Source of the DNA: Patescibacteria group bacterium
GTDB taxonomy: Bacteria > Patescibacteriota > Saccharimonadia > Saccharimonadales > VXPC01
Reading direction: 5' to 3'
Assembly: GCA_039028495.1 (NCBI GenBank)
Contig: JBCCHY010000003.1
Coordinates: forward strand, 1 to 49,839
Length of the DNA stretch: 49,839 nucleotides
The notes beneath the pieces are model-generated. The model saw only the letters and a list, made by a program, of their open reading frames with translations. It was not told the DNA's origin and did not search any database. The position numbers and the translations under genes were made by a program. Shown in pieces: positions 8,356 through 19,427 of the stretch (positions are counted from its first letter, which is position 1; every line of letters starts with the position of its first letter).

Positions 8356-11300
8356 ATGTCTAAAACGTCTGCACCAAAGACTACAAAATCAACTAACACA
8401 AGACAAAGCTTCAAGCCATCGACTGATATTGCTCTAGACGACCTAGTTCAGCATCAGAATCAGTCTTTTCAATGGTTCGTGCAGGAGGGTCTAGGTGAGT
8501 TACTCGCAGAAGTGAGTCCAATCGATGACTATACTGGCGAAAAACTAAGCCTGAGATTCAAAGACTACAGATTCGAAGACCCAAAGATAACTGAGCAAGA
8601 AGCGCGCCGAAACAATGCCAGTTATGAGGTAACCCTAAAGGGGAAGGTAGAACTTACAAATAAAGTCACAGGTGAAGTTAAAGAACAAGAAATCTACATG
8701 GGTGACTATCCCTGGATGACTAGCCGGGGTACATTTATCGTCAACGGATCAGAACGAGTTGTTGTTAGCCAGCTAGCTAGGAGTGCAGGCGTATTCTTTA
8801 CCGCTAACCGTGAAGGTGCTAAGAACTACTACGGTGCAAAAGTTGTTCCTGGACGTGGTGCATGGCTAGAGATTGAGACAAGCAAAAAAGGTGCTATATT
8901 CGTAAAAATTGATCGCAGGCGTAAAGTTGCGATAACAACATTCCTACGCGCCCTAGGCATGAGCGATGCTGACATGAAAGAGGCATTCAAGCACGTTGAT
9001 CAGGGTCAAGAGAACTACATTGACATGACCCTAGAAAAAGACACAGCTCGCGGAGCTAACGAATCGCTTATTGAGGTCTACAGGCGTCTACGACCTGGTG
9101 ATCTTGCAACTCTAGAGAACGCTCGGACACTTCTCGAAGACATGTTCTTTTCGACAAAGAGGTTTGATTTCTCGCGTGTTGGACGCTACAAGGTAAACAA
9201 CAGACTAGACCTAGATGTACCAAATACTGCCGAGAACCGTGTCCTGCGCCTAGACGACATAAAAGCTATCGTTGCTGAAGTAATCAGGCTCAATAACACT
9301 CAGGAAGCTGCAGATGACATCGACTCACTAAGCAACAGGCGCGTAAAACTCGTCGGCGAGCTTGTACAGCGCCAATTCAGAATTGGTCTACTCAGAATGG
9401 AAAGAAACACTAAAGACCGCATGTCAATGTCCGAAATAGAGACTGTAACACCAGGCCAGCTCGTCAACGCCAGGCCGGTTGTTGCAGCAGTGCGTGAATT
9501 CTTTGCCAGCTCTCAGCTAAGTCAGTTCATGGATCAGGTAAACCCACTATCAGAGCTAGCCCACAAACGTCGTCTAAGCTCAATGGGCCCAGGTGGGCTC
9601 AGTCGTGAGCGCGCTGGTTTCGAAGTACGTGACGCTCATCAGACGCACTATGGCCGTATCTGTCCGGTAGAGACTCCAGAAGGACCTAATATCGGACTAG
9701 TACTTAACATGGCAATGCATGCTCGTATCAATGACTATGGATTTATTGAGACTCCGTATTACCGCGTCAAATCAAACGTTACAGCTAAAGATGCCGTAGG
9801 CGAAGTAGCACTTGTCGATCTCGAAGACGCTGCTGGCAAAGTTATTGTCAAAGCCGGCAAGAAAATCACTGCTGCCGAGTCTAAGAAACTAGCAACCGTC
9901 AAAGAGCAAATCACCTGGCCAATAAAAGCCAGAGTTACAGACGAAGTTGTATATCTAGATGCTGACGGTGAGCTATCAGCATGTATTGCTGGATCAGACA
10001 CGCAATATGACAAGGATGGGTTCATTACTGACGAGCGCATTAGAGGCCGAAAAGCTACAGTTGCCGGTGAGTATGACCGTGAAGATACAACACACCTGGA
10101 CGCTTCTCGCAAACAGATCATTGGATCAAGCGCCGGGCTAATCCCATTCATTGAAAAGGACTATGTTCTCAGGAGCCTCGTGGGCTCAAACCAAGCCAGA
10201 CAGGCTGTACCCCTGATAAACCCAGAATCACCAGTAGTGGGAACAGGTCTCGAAGAGGTTGTTGCCAAGAACTCTGGCCAAGTAATTTACGCAGAAGGCT
10301 CAGGTACAGTCACTAAAGCAACCGCAGAAGAAGTAGTTGTTTCATACGCTAAAACAAAGAGCACCTACAAGCCAGAACACTTTATCCGCAGCAATGACAG
10401 CACAGCTATTAACCAACGCGTAGTTGTCAGCACAGGCCAAAAGGTCAAAGCAGGCGATATTCTGATAGAGGGCACATCAATGCAGGGCGGCGAACTTGCT
10501 CTTGGACGAGACGCTCTAGTCGCTCTTATGCCGTGGAGTGGTTATAACTTTGAAGACGCCATCATCATTAGTGATCGTTTGGTCAAAGAGGACCAATTCA
10601 CCAGTGTCACTATCACTGACTACATGGTTGAAGTGCGCGAAACTAAACTGGGCCCGGAAGTGATCACTAGGGACATACCAAATGTCTCAGAAGAGGCACT
10701 ACGTCACTTGGACGAAGAAGGCATTGTTCGCATAGGTGCAGAAGTAGAGCCAGGAGATATCCTGGTCGGAAAAATCGTACCAAAAGGCGAGCAAGAGCTC
10801 TCCAGCGAAGAGCGCCTGCTGCGAGCAATCTTTGGCGAAAAAGCAAAAGATGTCCGCGATGGATCTAGGCGCATGCCTACCGGTAAGAGCGGAAAAGTCA
10901 TCGAGATCAGGACGTTTAGTAAAGAACAGGGGCATGAGCTAAAGGCTGGCGTGCTCAGACAAGTACAAGTCTTCGTTGCTCAAACTCGCAAGATTCAGAT
11001 TGGCGACAAGCTTGCAGGGCGTCATGGTAACAAAGGAGTTATAGCTCGTGTACTGCCTGAAGCTGACATGCCATTCACAGAAAACGGTACACCTGTAGAT
11101 ATCTTACTAAACCCTCTAGGCGTTCCATCACGTATGAACATAGGCCAGCTGTTTGAAGCCCACCTAGGCATGGCAGCCAAGGAGCTAGGCATCAAGGTTA
11201 GTTCACCAGCATTTGACGGTGTAGCAAACAACAAGGTGTCTGAGCTACTAGCAGAAGCCGGCCTACCAGAAGACGGCAAGCAGCAGCTTTTCGATGGTCG

Positions 11301-11916
11301 TACGGGCGAGCCACTAAAAGAACGCACAACAGTCGGTCTGATGTACATCTACAAGCTGAACCACATGATCAACGACAAAATTCACGCACGTTCTACTGGG
11401 CCTTACACAATGGTTACCCAGCAGCCGCTAGGTGGTAAAGCTCAAAACGGTGGACAGCGATTTGGCGAGATGGAAGTCTGGGCACTAGAAGCTTACGGTG
11501 CAGCAAGCAGCCTGCAAGAAATGCTAACTCTTAAATCAGACGACGTATTTGGTAGAGCAAAAGCCTACGAATCAATCATCAAACAGACCGATATCGTTGG
11601 CCCTAAAGTACCAGAGAGCTTTAACGTACTCGTTAAAGAGCTTCAGGGTCTCAGCCTAAAGGTAGATCTCATAAACACAGAGACGAACACAGAGGTTGAT
11701 GCAGAGGAGCTGCTAGAGCAGCAGATCAAGGACGAGTCATCAGACGCGCCGACAGTTGACGTGCCTGCTGATGATAATGCAGGTGACACCAGCGCACTTG
11801 AAGACGCTGTAGCAGACGAATTCTCTGACGAGGACCAGGCAGATGTCGAAGCAGATAATGCAGAAGACGCCGATGATCAGGTTGAAAAAGCAAGCACTGA
11901 AAGCGAGGAGGCGTAA
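8356..11916 (+). CDS. rpoB: RNA polymerase beta subunit
   Basis: SQFMDQ..HKRRLS, ETPEGPNIGL, GDKLAGRHGNKG, GQRFGEME; acidic C-terminal tail. Confidence 0.99.
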   Translation: MSKTSAPKTTKSTNTRQSFKPSTDIALDDLVQHQNQSFQWFVQEGLGELLAEVSPIDDYTGEKLSLRFKDYRFEDPKITEQEARRNNASYEVTLKGKVELTNKVTGEVKEQEIYMGDYPWMTSRGTFIVNGSERVVVSQLARSAGVFFTANREGAKNYYGAKVVPGRGAWLEIETSKKGAIFVKIDRRRKVAITTFLRALGMSDADMKEAFKHVDQGQENYIDMTLEKDTARGANESLIEVYRRLRPGDLATLENARTLLEDMFFSTKRFDFSRVGRYKVNNRLDLDVPNTAENRVLRLDDIKAIVAEVIRLNNTQEAADDIDSLSNRRVKLVGELVQRQFRIGLLRMERNTKDRMSMSEIETVTPGQLVNARPVVAAVREFFASSQLSQFMDQVNPLSELAHKRRLSSMGPGGLSRERAGFEVRDAHQTHYGRICPVETPEGPNIGLVLNMAMHARINDYGFIETPYYRVKSNVTAKDAVGEVALVDLEDAAGKVIVKAGKKITAAESKKLATVKEQITWPIKARVTDEVVYLDADGELSACIAGSDTQYDKDGFITDERIRGRKATVAGEYDREDTTHLDASRKQIIGSSAGLIPFIEKDYVLRSLVGSNQARQAVPLINPESPVVGTGLEEVVAKNSGQVIYAEGSGTVTKATAEEVVVSYAKTKSTYKPEHFIRSNDSTAINQRVVVSTGQKVKAGDILIEGTSMQGGELALGRDALVALMPWSGYNFEDAIIISDRLVKEDQFTSVTITDYMVEVRETKLGPEVITRDIPNVSEEALRHLDEEGIVRIGAEVEPGDILVGKIVPKGEQELSSEERLLRAIFGEKAKDVRDGSRRMPTGKSGKVIEIRTFSKEQGHELKAGVLRQVQVFVAQTRKIQIGDKLAGRHGNKGVIARVLPEADMPFTENGTPVDILLNPLGVPSRMNIGQLFEAHLGMAAKELGIKVSSPAFDGVANNKVSELLAEAGLPEDGKQQLFDGRTGEPLKERTTVGLMYIYKLNHMINDKIHARSTGPYTMVTQQPLGGKAQNGGQRFGEMEVWALEAYGAASSLQEMLTLKSDDVFGRAKAYESIIKQTDIVGPKVPESFNVLVKELQGLSLKVDLINTETNTEVDAEELLEQQIKDESSDAPTVDVPADDNAGDTSALEDAVADEFSDEDQADVEADNAEDADDQVEKASTESEEA

Positions 11917-11917
11917 C

Positions 11918-14900
11918 ATGAGGAACGTAACACAAGGAACAAGCTTCTCAGACTTTGACGCAGTCCGTCTCGCTGTTGCTAGCGCTTCAGACGTAATGGA
12001 CTGGTCACACGGTGAGGTAACACGACCAGAAACCATCAACTACCGCACTCAAAAGCCTGAAAAAGATGGTCTATTCTGTGAAAAGATATTTGGCCCAACT
12101 AAAGACATCAACCCACATGACTCTAAGTTCAAAGGTATTAGGTCGCGGGAAGCTGCAGTTGATAAAAAAGGCGAAATGGTCACAAAATCTATCGTCAGGC
12201 GTGAGCGCATGGGGCACATCACTCTAGCTGCGCCTACAACTCACATCTGGTTCCTAAGGGGCACACCAAGTCCGATTGGTCAGATAACCAACATGACTGT
12301 TAAGAATCTAGAGCGTATTGCATACTTTGCGGCTTATCTAATCCTTAGTGTAGATGCTGAAGCGCGGGACAAGATGCTGGCTGATCTCGAAGCAGAGCAA
12401 GCAGCTGCTCAGGCCGCAGTCAAAGCTCGTTACGAGAATCTTGCTAAAGAGGAAGATGCCGATGTCAAGGCACTGGCCGAAGCTCAAACAAAAGAAATCG
12501 ATGAACTGAACGAAGAGTATGAACTAAAGGGCGAGCAGCTAAAAATGCTCAACCTACATGCACTAATCACTGAAACTGATTACCGCAACCTACCTGACGA
12601 GTTCCAGGACCTTATAGAAGTAGAAATGGGCGCCGATGCGATCAAACTAATGCTCGAATCCATCGATATGGACGAGCTGATAGAAGAGTTGGTCAAAGAA
12701 GCTGCCGAGACCAAGGGCCAGCGCAAGAAAAAGACTCTCAAGAGACTCAGAACACTAGAGAACATGAAAAAGTCAGGCATAGAGCCAAAAGACATGGTGC
12801 TAACTGTCATCCCTGTCATCCCACCAGACCTACGCCCAATGGTTCAACTAACAGGTGGACGTTTTGCTACAAGCGACCTAAATGACCTATATCGCCGGGT
12901 GATTAACAGGAACAATCGCCTGAAGAAGCTCAACGACCTGAACGCTCCAGAGGTAATTAGACGAAACGAAAAGAGAATGCTGCAAGAAGCTGTTGATTCG
13001 CTGATTGATAACAGCAGCTCTCGAAGCGGTCGCGCAGTTAGCAGTAACGGCCAGCGCCGCAAGCTAAAGAGCCTAGCCGACATGCTAAAAGGTAAACAAG
13101 GCCGTTTCAGACAGAACCTCCTCGGAAAACGAGTTGACTACTCTGGGCGATCAGTAATTATTGCTGGACCAACACTCAAAATGGATGAATGTGGTTTACC
13201 AAAGATGATGGCGCTAGAGCTTTTCAAGCCATTTGTGATTGGTGATCTGATCGAAAACGAGGAAGCTCACAATATCCGTAGTGCTACACGCATGATCGAG
13301 TCAGGCGAAACAGTTGTATGGGATACACTCGATAAAGTAATCGAAGGCAAATATGTGCTTCTCAACCGAGCACCTAGTCTCCACCGTCTATCGGTTCAGG
13401 CCTTTAAGCCACGTCTGATCGAAGGTAAGGCTATTCAGCTGCACCCACTAGTCTGTAAAGGATTTAACGCCGACTTTGATGGCGACCAGATGGCAGTTCA
13501 CTTGCCACTATCCAAAGAGGCTCAGGCAGAGGCTAAAGAGCTGATGGTAGCTACTAAGAACTTGCTCCACCCTGCAGACGGCTCTCCGATTCTTCACCTT
13601 GAACAAGACATCGTGTTAGGCTGCTACTACCTAACCTATGACAAAATTGCTGCAGACAAAACACTACGCGCTTTTGCTTCAACCGACGAAGCTCAACATG
13701 CCTACGAGAATGACCTGATCAAACTTCAGACTCCTATCAATGTCATGTACAAGGGTGAAGTGCGTCAGACAACTCTCGGTAAACTAATCTTCAACGATCT
13801 ATTCCCAGATGACTTCAGCTACCAAGGCGAACCCATGACAAAGAAAAAGATTCAAAACGTCATGTCCATGGTCTACGAAGCATATGGCTCAGAAGAAACT
13901 GGTCGGATCGCAGATGATCTGAAGGACTTGGCATTCGAATATGCAACACAGTCAGGCCTGTCTATGGGTATGGGTGACCTACCTGAGATCGAGGGCGTAG
14001 ACAGCGTTCTAGATGACGGTGAGCAAAAGTCAGCCAAGATCGCCGAGCAATTCGAACAAGGTTTCATCACCGATGAAGAGAGATACCGACTAACTATTGA
14101 CAACTGGTTCAAGGTTAACAACGAAGTTCAAGAACTAGTTAATGACCAGTACACAGCTGCAGATACCGCTATGTCTATAGCGGTAGTATCAGGAGCACGT
14201 GGTAATGCTGGCCAGGTACGGCAAGTCGCGGCTAGCATCGGAGTTCTTGCTGACACCACTGGCCGTGCGATGGAGCTTCCAGTTAACGGGAACTACCTCA
14301 ATGGTCTACCAACACTAGAATATTTCATCTCGACTCGTGGTGCACGTAAAACACTTGTGGATATTGCCTTGCGTACAGCCGACTCTGGCTACCTGACACG
14401 AAAACTAGTGGACGTCTCACAAGATGTATTCACAATCGACGAAGATGACTCTGATCCCGGCTTTACTATGCTCAGATCAGATGCTCAAGACGTCGGTGTG
14501 ACGTTCGGTAGCAGACTAGAAGGCCGCTACGCAGCCGATACGTTCAAGATGGACGGCAAGACTGTGCTTAAGCGTGGTGACCTCATCACTGCAGAAATTG
14601 CAGAAGCAATCCACGAAGATGAATCTATAGAAGAGGTCAAGATAATGAGCGTACTTACTGCTCCAAACCTCGACGGTATACCTGTTAAGTCATATGGCAT
14701 TGATCCAGCTAACAGTACACTTGTAGTGTCTAGCCACCCAATTGGTGTTATTGCTGCCCAAAGTATCGGTGAGCCGGGAACACAGCTCTCACTTGACTCC
14801 AAACACACAGGTGGTGTCGCCTCTATATCAGACGAAACCAGCTCAGGCCTAAACCGTGTTACAGAGCTATTCGAAGCTCGTGCACCAAAAGGTGTGGCAT

Positions 14901-15748
14901 TTGTTTCTGAAATAGCGGGTGCTGTAAGAATCTGGGAAGACAATAACCATTACGTGGTTCAAGTTACATCTGATGACGCCAAAGCAGTAGAACTAGAGCT
15001 AGAAGGCCGCAAAGCAGAAGTCGCGAGCGGTACACAAGTCGCTAAAGGTGATGTTCTTGCTAGCAAAGGCAAGGGTGATGATCCGCTAATCGCTCCAGAG
15101 GGCGGAGTCGTAGAAGTGACCAAGACGGCTATCTTGCTAACACCATCCGATAGCCAAAGTGCTCGCTACGAAGTACCGGGCTTCAAGCAACTTGTTGTTG
15201 AGGATGGAGGACGAGTTGAGCAGGGAGGTCGCCTTACTACAGGTTCTCTAAATCTACATGAGCTAATGGCTCTAAGAGGCGTCGAAGAAACTCAGCGCTA
15301 CATTCTCACCGAAATCAGCAAAGTATTTGCGTTGCAGGGTAGACACGTGTCTGACAAACATCTTGAGGTAGTAATCAGGCAGATGTTCTCTAGGGTACAG
15401 ATAGATGATATCGGTGATAGTGAGCTCGTCAACGGAGATATAGTCAGTAAAGTACGAGTAAATGAAATCAACAGCCAGTTAGCCGCTGAAGGTAAAGAAC
15501 TCGTAGAATACAGTCAACTCCTACTCGGCATTACAAAAGTCAGTACTCTGAGCGACAGTTTCTTATCAGCTGCTAGCTTCCAGGACACCACTAGGGTCCT
15601 CATAGGCGCAGCTACGAGCGGACGCGTAGATAACCTAAAAGGTCTCAAAGAAAACGTCATTCTAGGACGCAAGATCCCTGTCGGCACTGGAGCCCATCTA
15701 CCTGCAGATGACGAAGATGAATCTACTGAAGTTGACCAAGAAGAATAA
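11918..15748 (+). CDS. rpoC: RNA polymerase beta' subunit
   Basis: [26 protein letters not shown]; start at ATG 11918 after GAGGAGG. Confidence 0.99.
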   Translation: MRNVTQGTSFSDFDAVRLAVASASDVMDWSHGEVTRPETINYRTQKPEKDGLFCEKIFGPTKDINPHDSKFKGIRSREAAVDKKGEMVTKSIVRRERMGHITLAAPTTHIWFLRGTPSPIGQITNMTVKNLERIAYFAAYLILSVDAEARDKMLADLEAEQAAAQAAVKARYENLAKEEDADVKALAEAQTKEIDELNEEYELKGEQLKMLNLHALITETDYRNLPDEFQDLIEVEMGADAIKLMLESIDMDELIEELVKEAAETKGQRKKKTLKRLRTLENMKKSGIEPKDMVLTVIPVIPPDLRPMVQLTGGRFATSDLNDLYRRVINRNNRLKKLNDLNAPEVIRRNEKRMLQEAVDSLIDNSSSRSGRAVSSNGQRRKLKSLADMLKGKQGRFRQNLLGKRVDYSGRSVIIAGPTLKMDECGLPKMMALELFKPFVIGDLIENEEAHNIRSATRMIESGETVVWDTLDKVIEGKYVLLNRAPSLHRLSVQAFKPRLIEGKAIQLHPLVCKGFNADFDGDQMAVHLPLSKEAQAEAKELMVATKNLLHPADGSPILHLEQDIVLGCYYLTYDKIAADKTLRAFASTDEAQHAYENDLIKLQTPINVMYKGEVRQTTLGKLIFNDLFPDDFSYQGEPMTKKKIQNVMSMVYEAYGSEETGRIADDLKDLAFEYATQSGLSMGMGDLPEIEGVDSVLDDGEQKSAKIAEQFEQGFITDEERYRLTIDNWFKVNNEVQELVNDQYTAADTAMSIAVVSGARGNAGQVRQVAASIGVLADTTGRAMELPVNGNYLNGLPTLEYFISTRGARKTLVDIALRTADSGYLTRKLVDVSQDVFTIDEDDSDPGFTMLRSDAQDVGVTFGSRLEGRYAADTFKMDGKTVLKRGDLITAEIAEAIHEDESIEEVKIMSVLTAPNLDGIPVKSYGIDPANSTLVVSSHPIGVIAAQSIGEPGTQLSLDSKHTGGVASISDETSSGLNRVTELFEARAPKGVAFVSEIAGAVRIWEDNNHYVVQVTSDDAKAVELELEGRKAEVASGTQVAKGDVLASKGKGDDPLIAPEGGVVEVTKTAILLTPSDSQSARYEVPGFKQLVVEDGGRVEQGGRLTTGSLNLHELMALRGVEETQRYILTEISKVFALQGRHVSDKHLEVVIRQMFSRVQIDDIGDSELVNGDIVSKVRVNEINSQLAAEGKELVEYSQLLLGITKVSTLSDSFLSAASFQDTTRVLIGAATSGRVDNLKGLKENVILGRKIPVGTGAHLPADDEDESTEVDQEE

Positions 15749-15769
15749 ATAGTATAGGATAGCAACCCG

Positions 15770-16177
15770 ATGCCAACAATCAATCAATTAGTTAGAAAGC
15801 CTCGCAAGAGCAAGTCTACCAAATCAAAGTCTCCTGCACTTCAAGAGGTTAGCAACACACTCAAAACAAGGAGCTACGTCAAACCTGCTCCGTTCAAGCG
15901 TGGAGTATGTGTTAAAGTGACCACAAAGACACCTAAAAAGCCTAACTCAGCTCTACGAAAAGTAGCTCGTGTTCGCCTAACAAACGGTTACGAAGTCTGG
16001 GCATACATACCTGGTGAGGGTCACAACCTCCAAGAGCACGCGGTGGTCATGATACGCGGAGGCCGCGTATCTGACCTTCCTGGTGTTCGCTATCACGTTG
16101 TACGTGGGCGCCTCGACCTACAAGGTGTAGAAGGTAAAAAACAAGGCCGAAGTAAATACGGTGCTAAAAAAGCCTAA
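15770..16177 (+). CDS. rpsL: 30S ribosomal protein S12
   Basis: [27 protein letters not shown]. Confidence 0.99.
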   Translation: MPTINQLVRKPRKSKSTKSKSPALQEVSNTLKTRSYVKPAPFKRGVCVKVTTKTPKKPNSALRKVARVRLTNGYEVWAYIPGEGHNLQEHAVVMIRGGRVSDLPGVRYHVVRGRLDLQGVEGKKQGRSKYGAKKA

Positions 16178-16179
16178 TC

Positions 16180-16650
16180 ATGGGCATGCCTTGTGAAACC
16201 GGCAGCTGTCACAACTTAAACACCATTAGGGTGCGAACCCCTGGTCTTTCAGAGTTAGCAGCTAAAGCTATCGTAGCTGAGTTTGCAACCAGATGCCCGG
16301 TTAACCAAGGAGAGGGCCTCACACTTCCTGTCTGCCTGGCTACTCGTCCAGTACCAGCAGATACGCCCGCTCCAGAAGTGTTGGCTAGTGAGTTTTTAGA
16401 AGAAATTTCTATAAACAATGGGGTAAGTTCACCTAATGCTACAAGTGGGATACCCGTATTACTAACAGGTTTCAAGAAGAAACCTGAACTTGCCACGACC
16501 ACTAGTCTAGGCCCGAGCTCCAGAAGACAGGCAGGAGATCATGAATATGAGACACTGGTTGATCTCGTTGTACTGGAGCTTACGGAAAGAGGAGCCAATA
16601 CGGATACTCTACCCACACTAGACTTTGATGGTATAATAGATTTAGTTTAG
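16180..16650 (+). CDS. Hypothetical protein inserted between rpsL and rpsG
   Basis: 156-aa ORF starting 2 nt after the rpsL stop. Confidence 0.55.
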   Translation: MGMPCETGSCHNLNTIRVRTPGLSELAAKAIVAEFATRCPVNQGEGLTLPVCLATRPVPADTPAPEVLASEFLEEISINNGVSSPNATSGIPVLLTGFKKKPELATTTSLGPSSRRQAGDHEYETLVDLVVLELTERGANTDTLPTLDFDGIIDLV

Positions 16651-16805
16651 TATCTGATGTTTGAGCCTGACAAGAGCTCTTACACTAGGTTCTAACCTGA
16701 CAGCTTCAGTGGTACGAAGATGGCAACGCCTAATGTACCCAGAATTGTCTTGATCAGAGTCTAGAAAACTACATCTTATTAATGACCCCTAGGGTCGCTA
16801 ACATA

Positions 16806-16932
16806 GTAGGCAATTTGAGCCAAGGGTAGTGTTTAAAATATCGAGCAAGATCTCGAAGGTGTACATGCAGGTACTCCGGATAAAGACCTCGCGCAGAGAT
16901 ATTTTTGGCACTACCACTCTCAAATTATCTAC
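16806..16932 (+). promoter_or_regulatory. Structured 5' leader of rpsG (candidate r-protein autoregulatory RNA)
   Basis: GTAGGCAATTTGAG pairs with CTCAAATTATCTAC; GGTAGTGTTTAAAATATC pairs with GATATTTTTGGCACTACC; ends just before the AAGGA SD. Confidence 0.6.
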
Positions 16933-16948
16933 GGCAAGGAATAGGCAA

Positions 16949-17425
16949 ATGCCAAGGAAAAAGACCAAAAGTCTAGCTAGAGACATACAACCAGACCGCA
17001 AGTACAAATCAGTACTCGTACAGCGTCTAATTAACAAAGTAATGCTCAGTGGCAAGAAACAGCTCGCCGAGAGTATCGTCTATGATGCCATGGAGATGGC
17101 TTGCACCAATCTGAAACAAAAAGACCCACTAGAGGTGCTAATACAGGCTCTAGATAACGTCAAACCATCTCTAGAGACACGCTCTAGACGCGTCGGTGGT
17201 GCAAACTATCAGATACCGTTTGAGGTAAAAGGAAACAGGCAGAACCACCTCATGCTGATGTGGTTTGTAGCAGCTGCACGTGAACGCAAAGGTATGCCAA
17301 TGGCTAAACGACTAGCCCTAGAAATACAAGACGCTTATAACGAAACTGGCTCAGCCGTTAAGAAAAAAGAGGACACGCATAAGATGGCGGAGTCGAACCG
17401 GGCCTTTGCACACTTCGCTCGCTAA
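16949..17425 (+). CDS. rpsG: 30S ribosomal protein S7
   Basis: MPRK start at 16949; [12 protein letters not shown]; [13 protein letters not shown]. Confidence 0.98.
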   Translation: MPRKKTKSLARDIQPDRKYKSVLVQRLINKVMLSGKKQLAESIVYDAMEMACTNLKQKDPLEVLIQALDNVKPSLETRSRRVGGANYQIPFEVKGNRQNHLMLMWFVAAARERKGMPMAKRLALEIQDAYNETGSAVKKKEDTHKMAESNRAFAHFAR

Positions 17426-17759
17426 ACCACTCAGCCAGGATCCTGCCAGTCAGCAGAGCTGTCTGCACTGATCCTATCTCGGCACATACTAGATATTTGT
17501 TCTTACGGCTTCATCTCAGGCAGTACCTTTGTACAGCATGAGATAACTTCCGCAAACAAATTCTAGTCTGTACTCGAACTGAGGGGTTTATCGGCATAAT
17601 CACAGTTTGTATCAAGAGTGTATTCTCAGACAAATTCCAAATATGCTCCGCATCTGAATCCTAGCGTCTGCATATTTTCGCAAAGAAACTCCAGTCTCTA
17701 CCCAATAAACAACTTAAAACTTGAGCACAAAACTATGTAATTATGATATAATATGTTTT

Positions 17760-18107
17760 ATGTTTGAAAGATACACCCTAAAACTCGATGTACCGGATCC
17801 AGCTGCAATTGCACACTTAGTCTTTAAATCTGGCGAAGTTTGTTCACTGGTTTTTGTGCCTAGGTGTGATTTCGGTGAGCAGACACTTTCTTACCTAAAA
17901 GAGGGTGTTTTGGACGACTTTGATCTGTACCATGTAGTGAGTGGTGACCAAGCTTCGGTTTATGATGTTTTTGCTGGCGCAGAAGAGGATGATCTGGTGT
18001 ATATCACTGAAATCACCAGACTACTCTTAAACGAGGCTCAAAGACTAGAAACTCTTGGTGTGGTTACAGATAGTGAGATAGTAATCGATCCTGTACAGGT
18101 GGATTAA
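17760..18107 (+). CDS. Hypothetical acidic protein
   Basis: ATG 17760 lies 7 nt after TGaTATAAT, in frame with track ORF 17721. Confidence 0.6.
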   Translation: MFERYTLKLDVPDPAAIAHLVFKSGEVCSLVFVPRCDFGEQTLSYLKEGVLDDFDLYHVVSGDQASVYDVFAGAEEDDLVYITEITRLLLNEAQRLETLGVVTDSEIVIDPVQVD

Positions 18108-18110
18108 CAG

Positions 18111-18863
18111 ATGAACAAAGGATTGCATTTGAACATTGGGGGTGGGACGGACTCTAAGCCTTGGTGGATTGAAGGAAATGGTGTAGAGGCTGAAGCTACT
18201 AAAATGTTCAACTTACGGTCGTTTTTTTTGGCGCTCGAGAACCCTGAAACTACGTATGTAGTAATAGATACAGACATATGTCTTGGGGCAGCCTCAATAG
18301 CCTGCAGTGGGCTCGAAAATATAGCTTTTATCCTAGGAGATGGGTCACAGCTACCTTTTAGAGACGAATCTGTGTCGACTATCGAGGTTAATCACCTGTT
18401 CTTCCCAGTCACAACAGCTGATATTACCAGGAGGGAGCAAGAACTCGAGACCAGAAAGGCAGCAGCCTCAGATGATGATCATGAACTCCGGACTAGCCTA
18501 GAGGAGGAAGACAGGCTTTTAGAGGCAGACGCTGAGCAGAGGTATCAACTCGTTCTTTCTGAAACAGCAACCGAAGAAGATCTGTCTGATTATTTTGATA
18601 TTGTCCGAGCAGCTTCTCGAGCCCTGCAGCCTGGCGGTACGCTACTACTCTCCGAGAAGTTTTCACGTATGATGCCCATTGAACGTATATTGAAGCAGAA
18701 TAACGACTTGTTGTTGAGTGCTCTGGGTCTTGAGCTCACTTATACTGGGGTCAATGAGTTGGATGTTAAATCTAGATACGCACAAAGAGCACGTAAGCAG
18801 TACGATCATTCAGGGGGCAGTATCTCATCAATGCCTATGTTAGTTGAGATGACCAAGATCTAG
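18111..18863 (+). CDS. Divergent class I SAM methyltransferase-like protein
   Basis: LNIGGG motif I, GDGSQLPFRDESV, RALQPGGTLLLSE, with an acidic helical insertion. Confidence 0.6.
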   Translation: MNKGLHLNIGGGTDSKPWWIEGNGVEAEATKMFNLRSFFLALENPETTYVVIDTDICLGAASIACSGLENIAFILGDGSQLPFRDESVSTIEVNHLFFPVTTADITRREQELETRKAAASDDDHELRTSLEEEDRLLEADAEQRYQLVLSETATEEDLSDYFDIVRAASRALQPGGTLLLSEKFSRMMPIERILKQNNDLLLSALGLELTYTGVNELDVKSRYAQRARKQYDHSGGSISSMPMLVEMTKI

Positions 18864-18917
18864 CACAGTAGCGCTCACGCTTGATATTTCATCTTGTATG
18901 AGTGAATATCTATTTGT

Positions 18918-19295
18918 ATGAAAGAATTTCTGGACAAAGCTTTGGAGAATATTGATGAAGATTCCTATTGCAGAGATTGTCGCATGCCTGGGATCTTTCG
19001 AGCAGCAGCAGATGCAATCGACGTAGCAGAAAGACTATCACTAGAACATGATGCTTCCATACCATCTAGCTATTTTGAAAGAAGAAGGGGCATGCTTGCA
19101 ATGAAAATTATTGCATCTACTTCAGCTGCTGAGTTATCACATTGCACAAGAGCTACAGAGCAAGAACCTTTAGAGGACGGAAAGATTTGTTTGCTAGGTA
19201 GCACAAAGGTTGAAGCGAATGCATTTGGTGGAGATGGCGATATGGTGACAGCTGTAATGATTGCCTTGCCATCAGAAGATGGCCGATACCTATAA
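18918..19295 (+). CDS. Hypothetical protein
   Basis: 125 aa; one CxxC near the N-terminus. Confidence 0.55.
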   Translation: MKEFLDKALENIDEDSYCRDCRMPGIFRAAADAIDVAERLSLEHDASIPSSYFERRRGMLAMKIIASTSAAELSHCTRATEQEPLEDGKICLLGSTKVEANAFGGDGDMVTAVMIALPSEDGRYL

Positions 19296-19427
19296 GGCCC
19301 TGCACAACTGAATTGGCGCTGATATGGATTCCTAGTGGATGGTATTAGCTCTATGGCAATGAACAGAAAATTAATCAAAGTCTGAAGGCGTCTACTGTAA
19401 TAGCTCCTTCATGTATAATCACTGATC

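Noticed and set aside
11843-11917. N-terminal extensions of RpoC, S7 (16829), L23 (27176) and S14 (31801) in the ORF track
   Set aside because: Downstream ATGs match the conserved N-termini and have SD sites or stop/start coupling
17426-17720. Possible decayed minus-strand ORF in the gap after rpsG (also the 40337-40690 gap)
   Set aside because: Several in-frame stops and no recognisable family; cannot be supported without homology search
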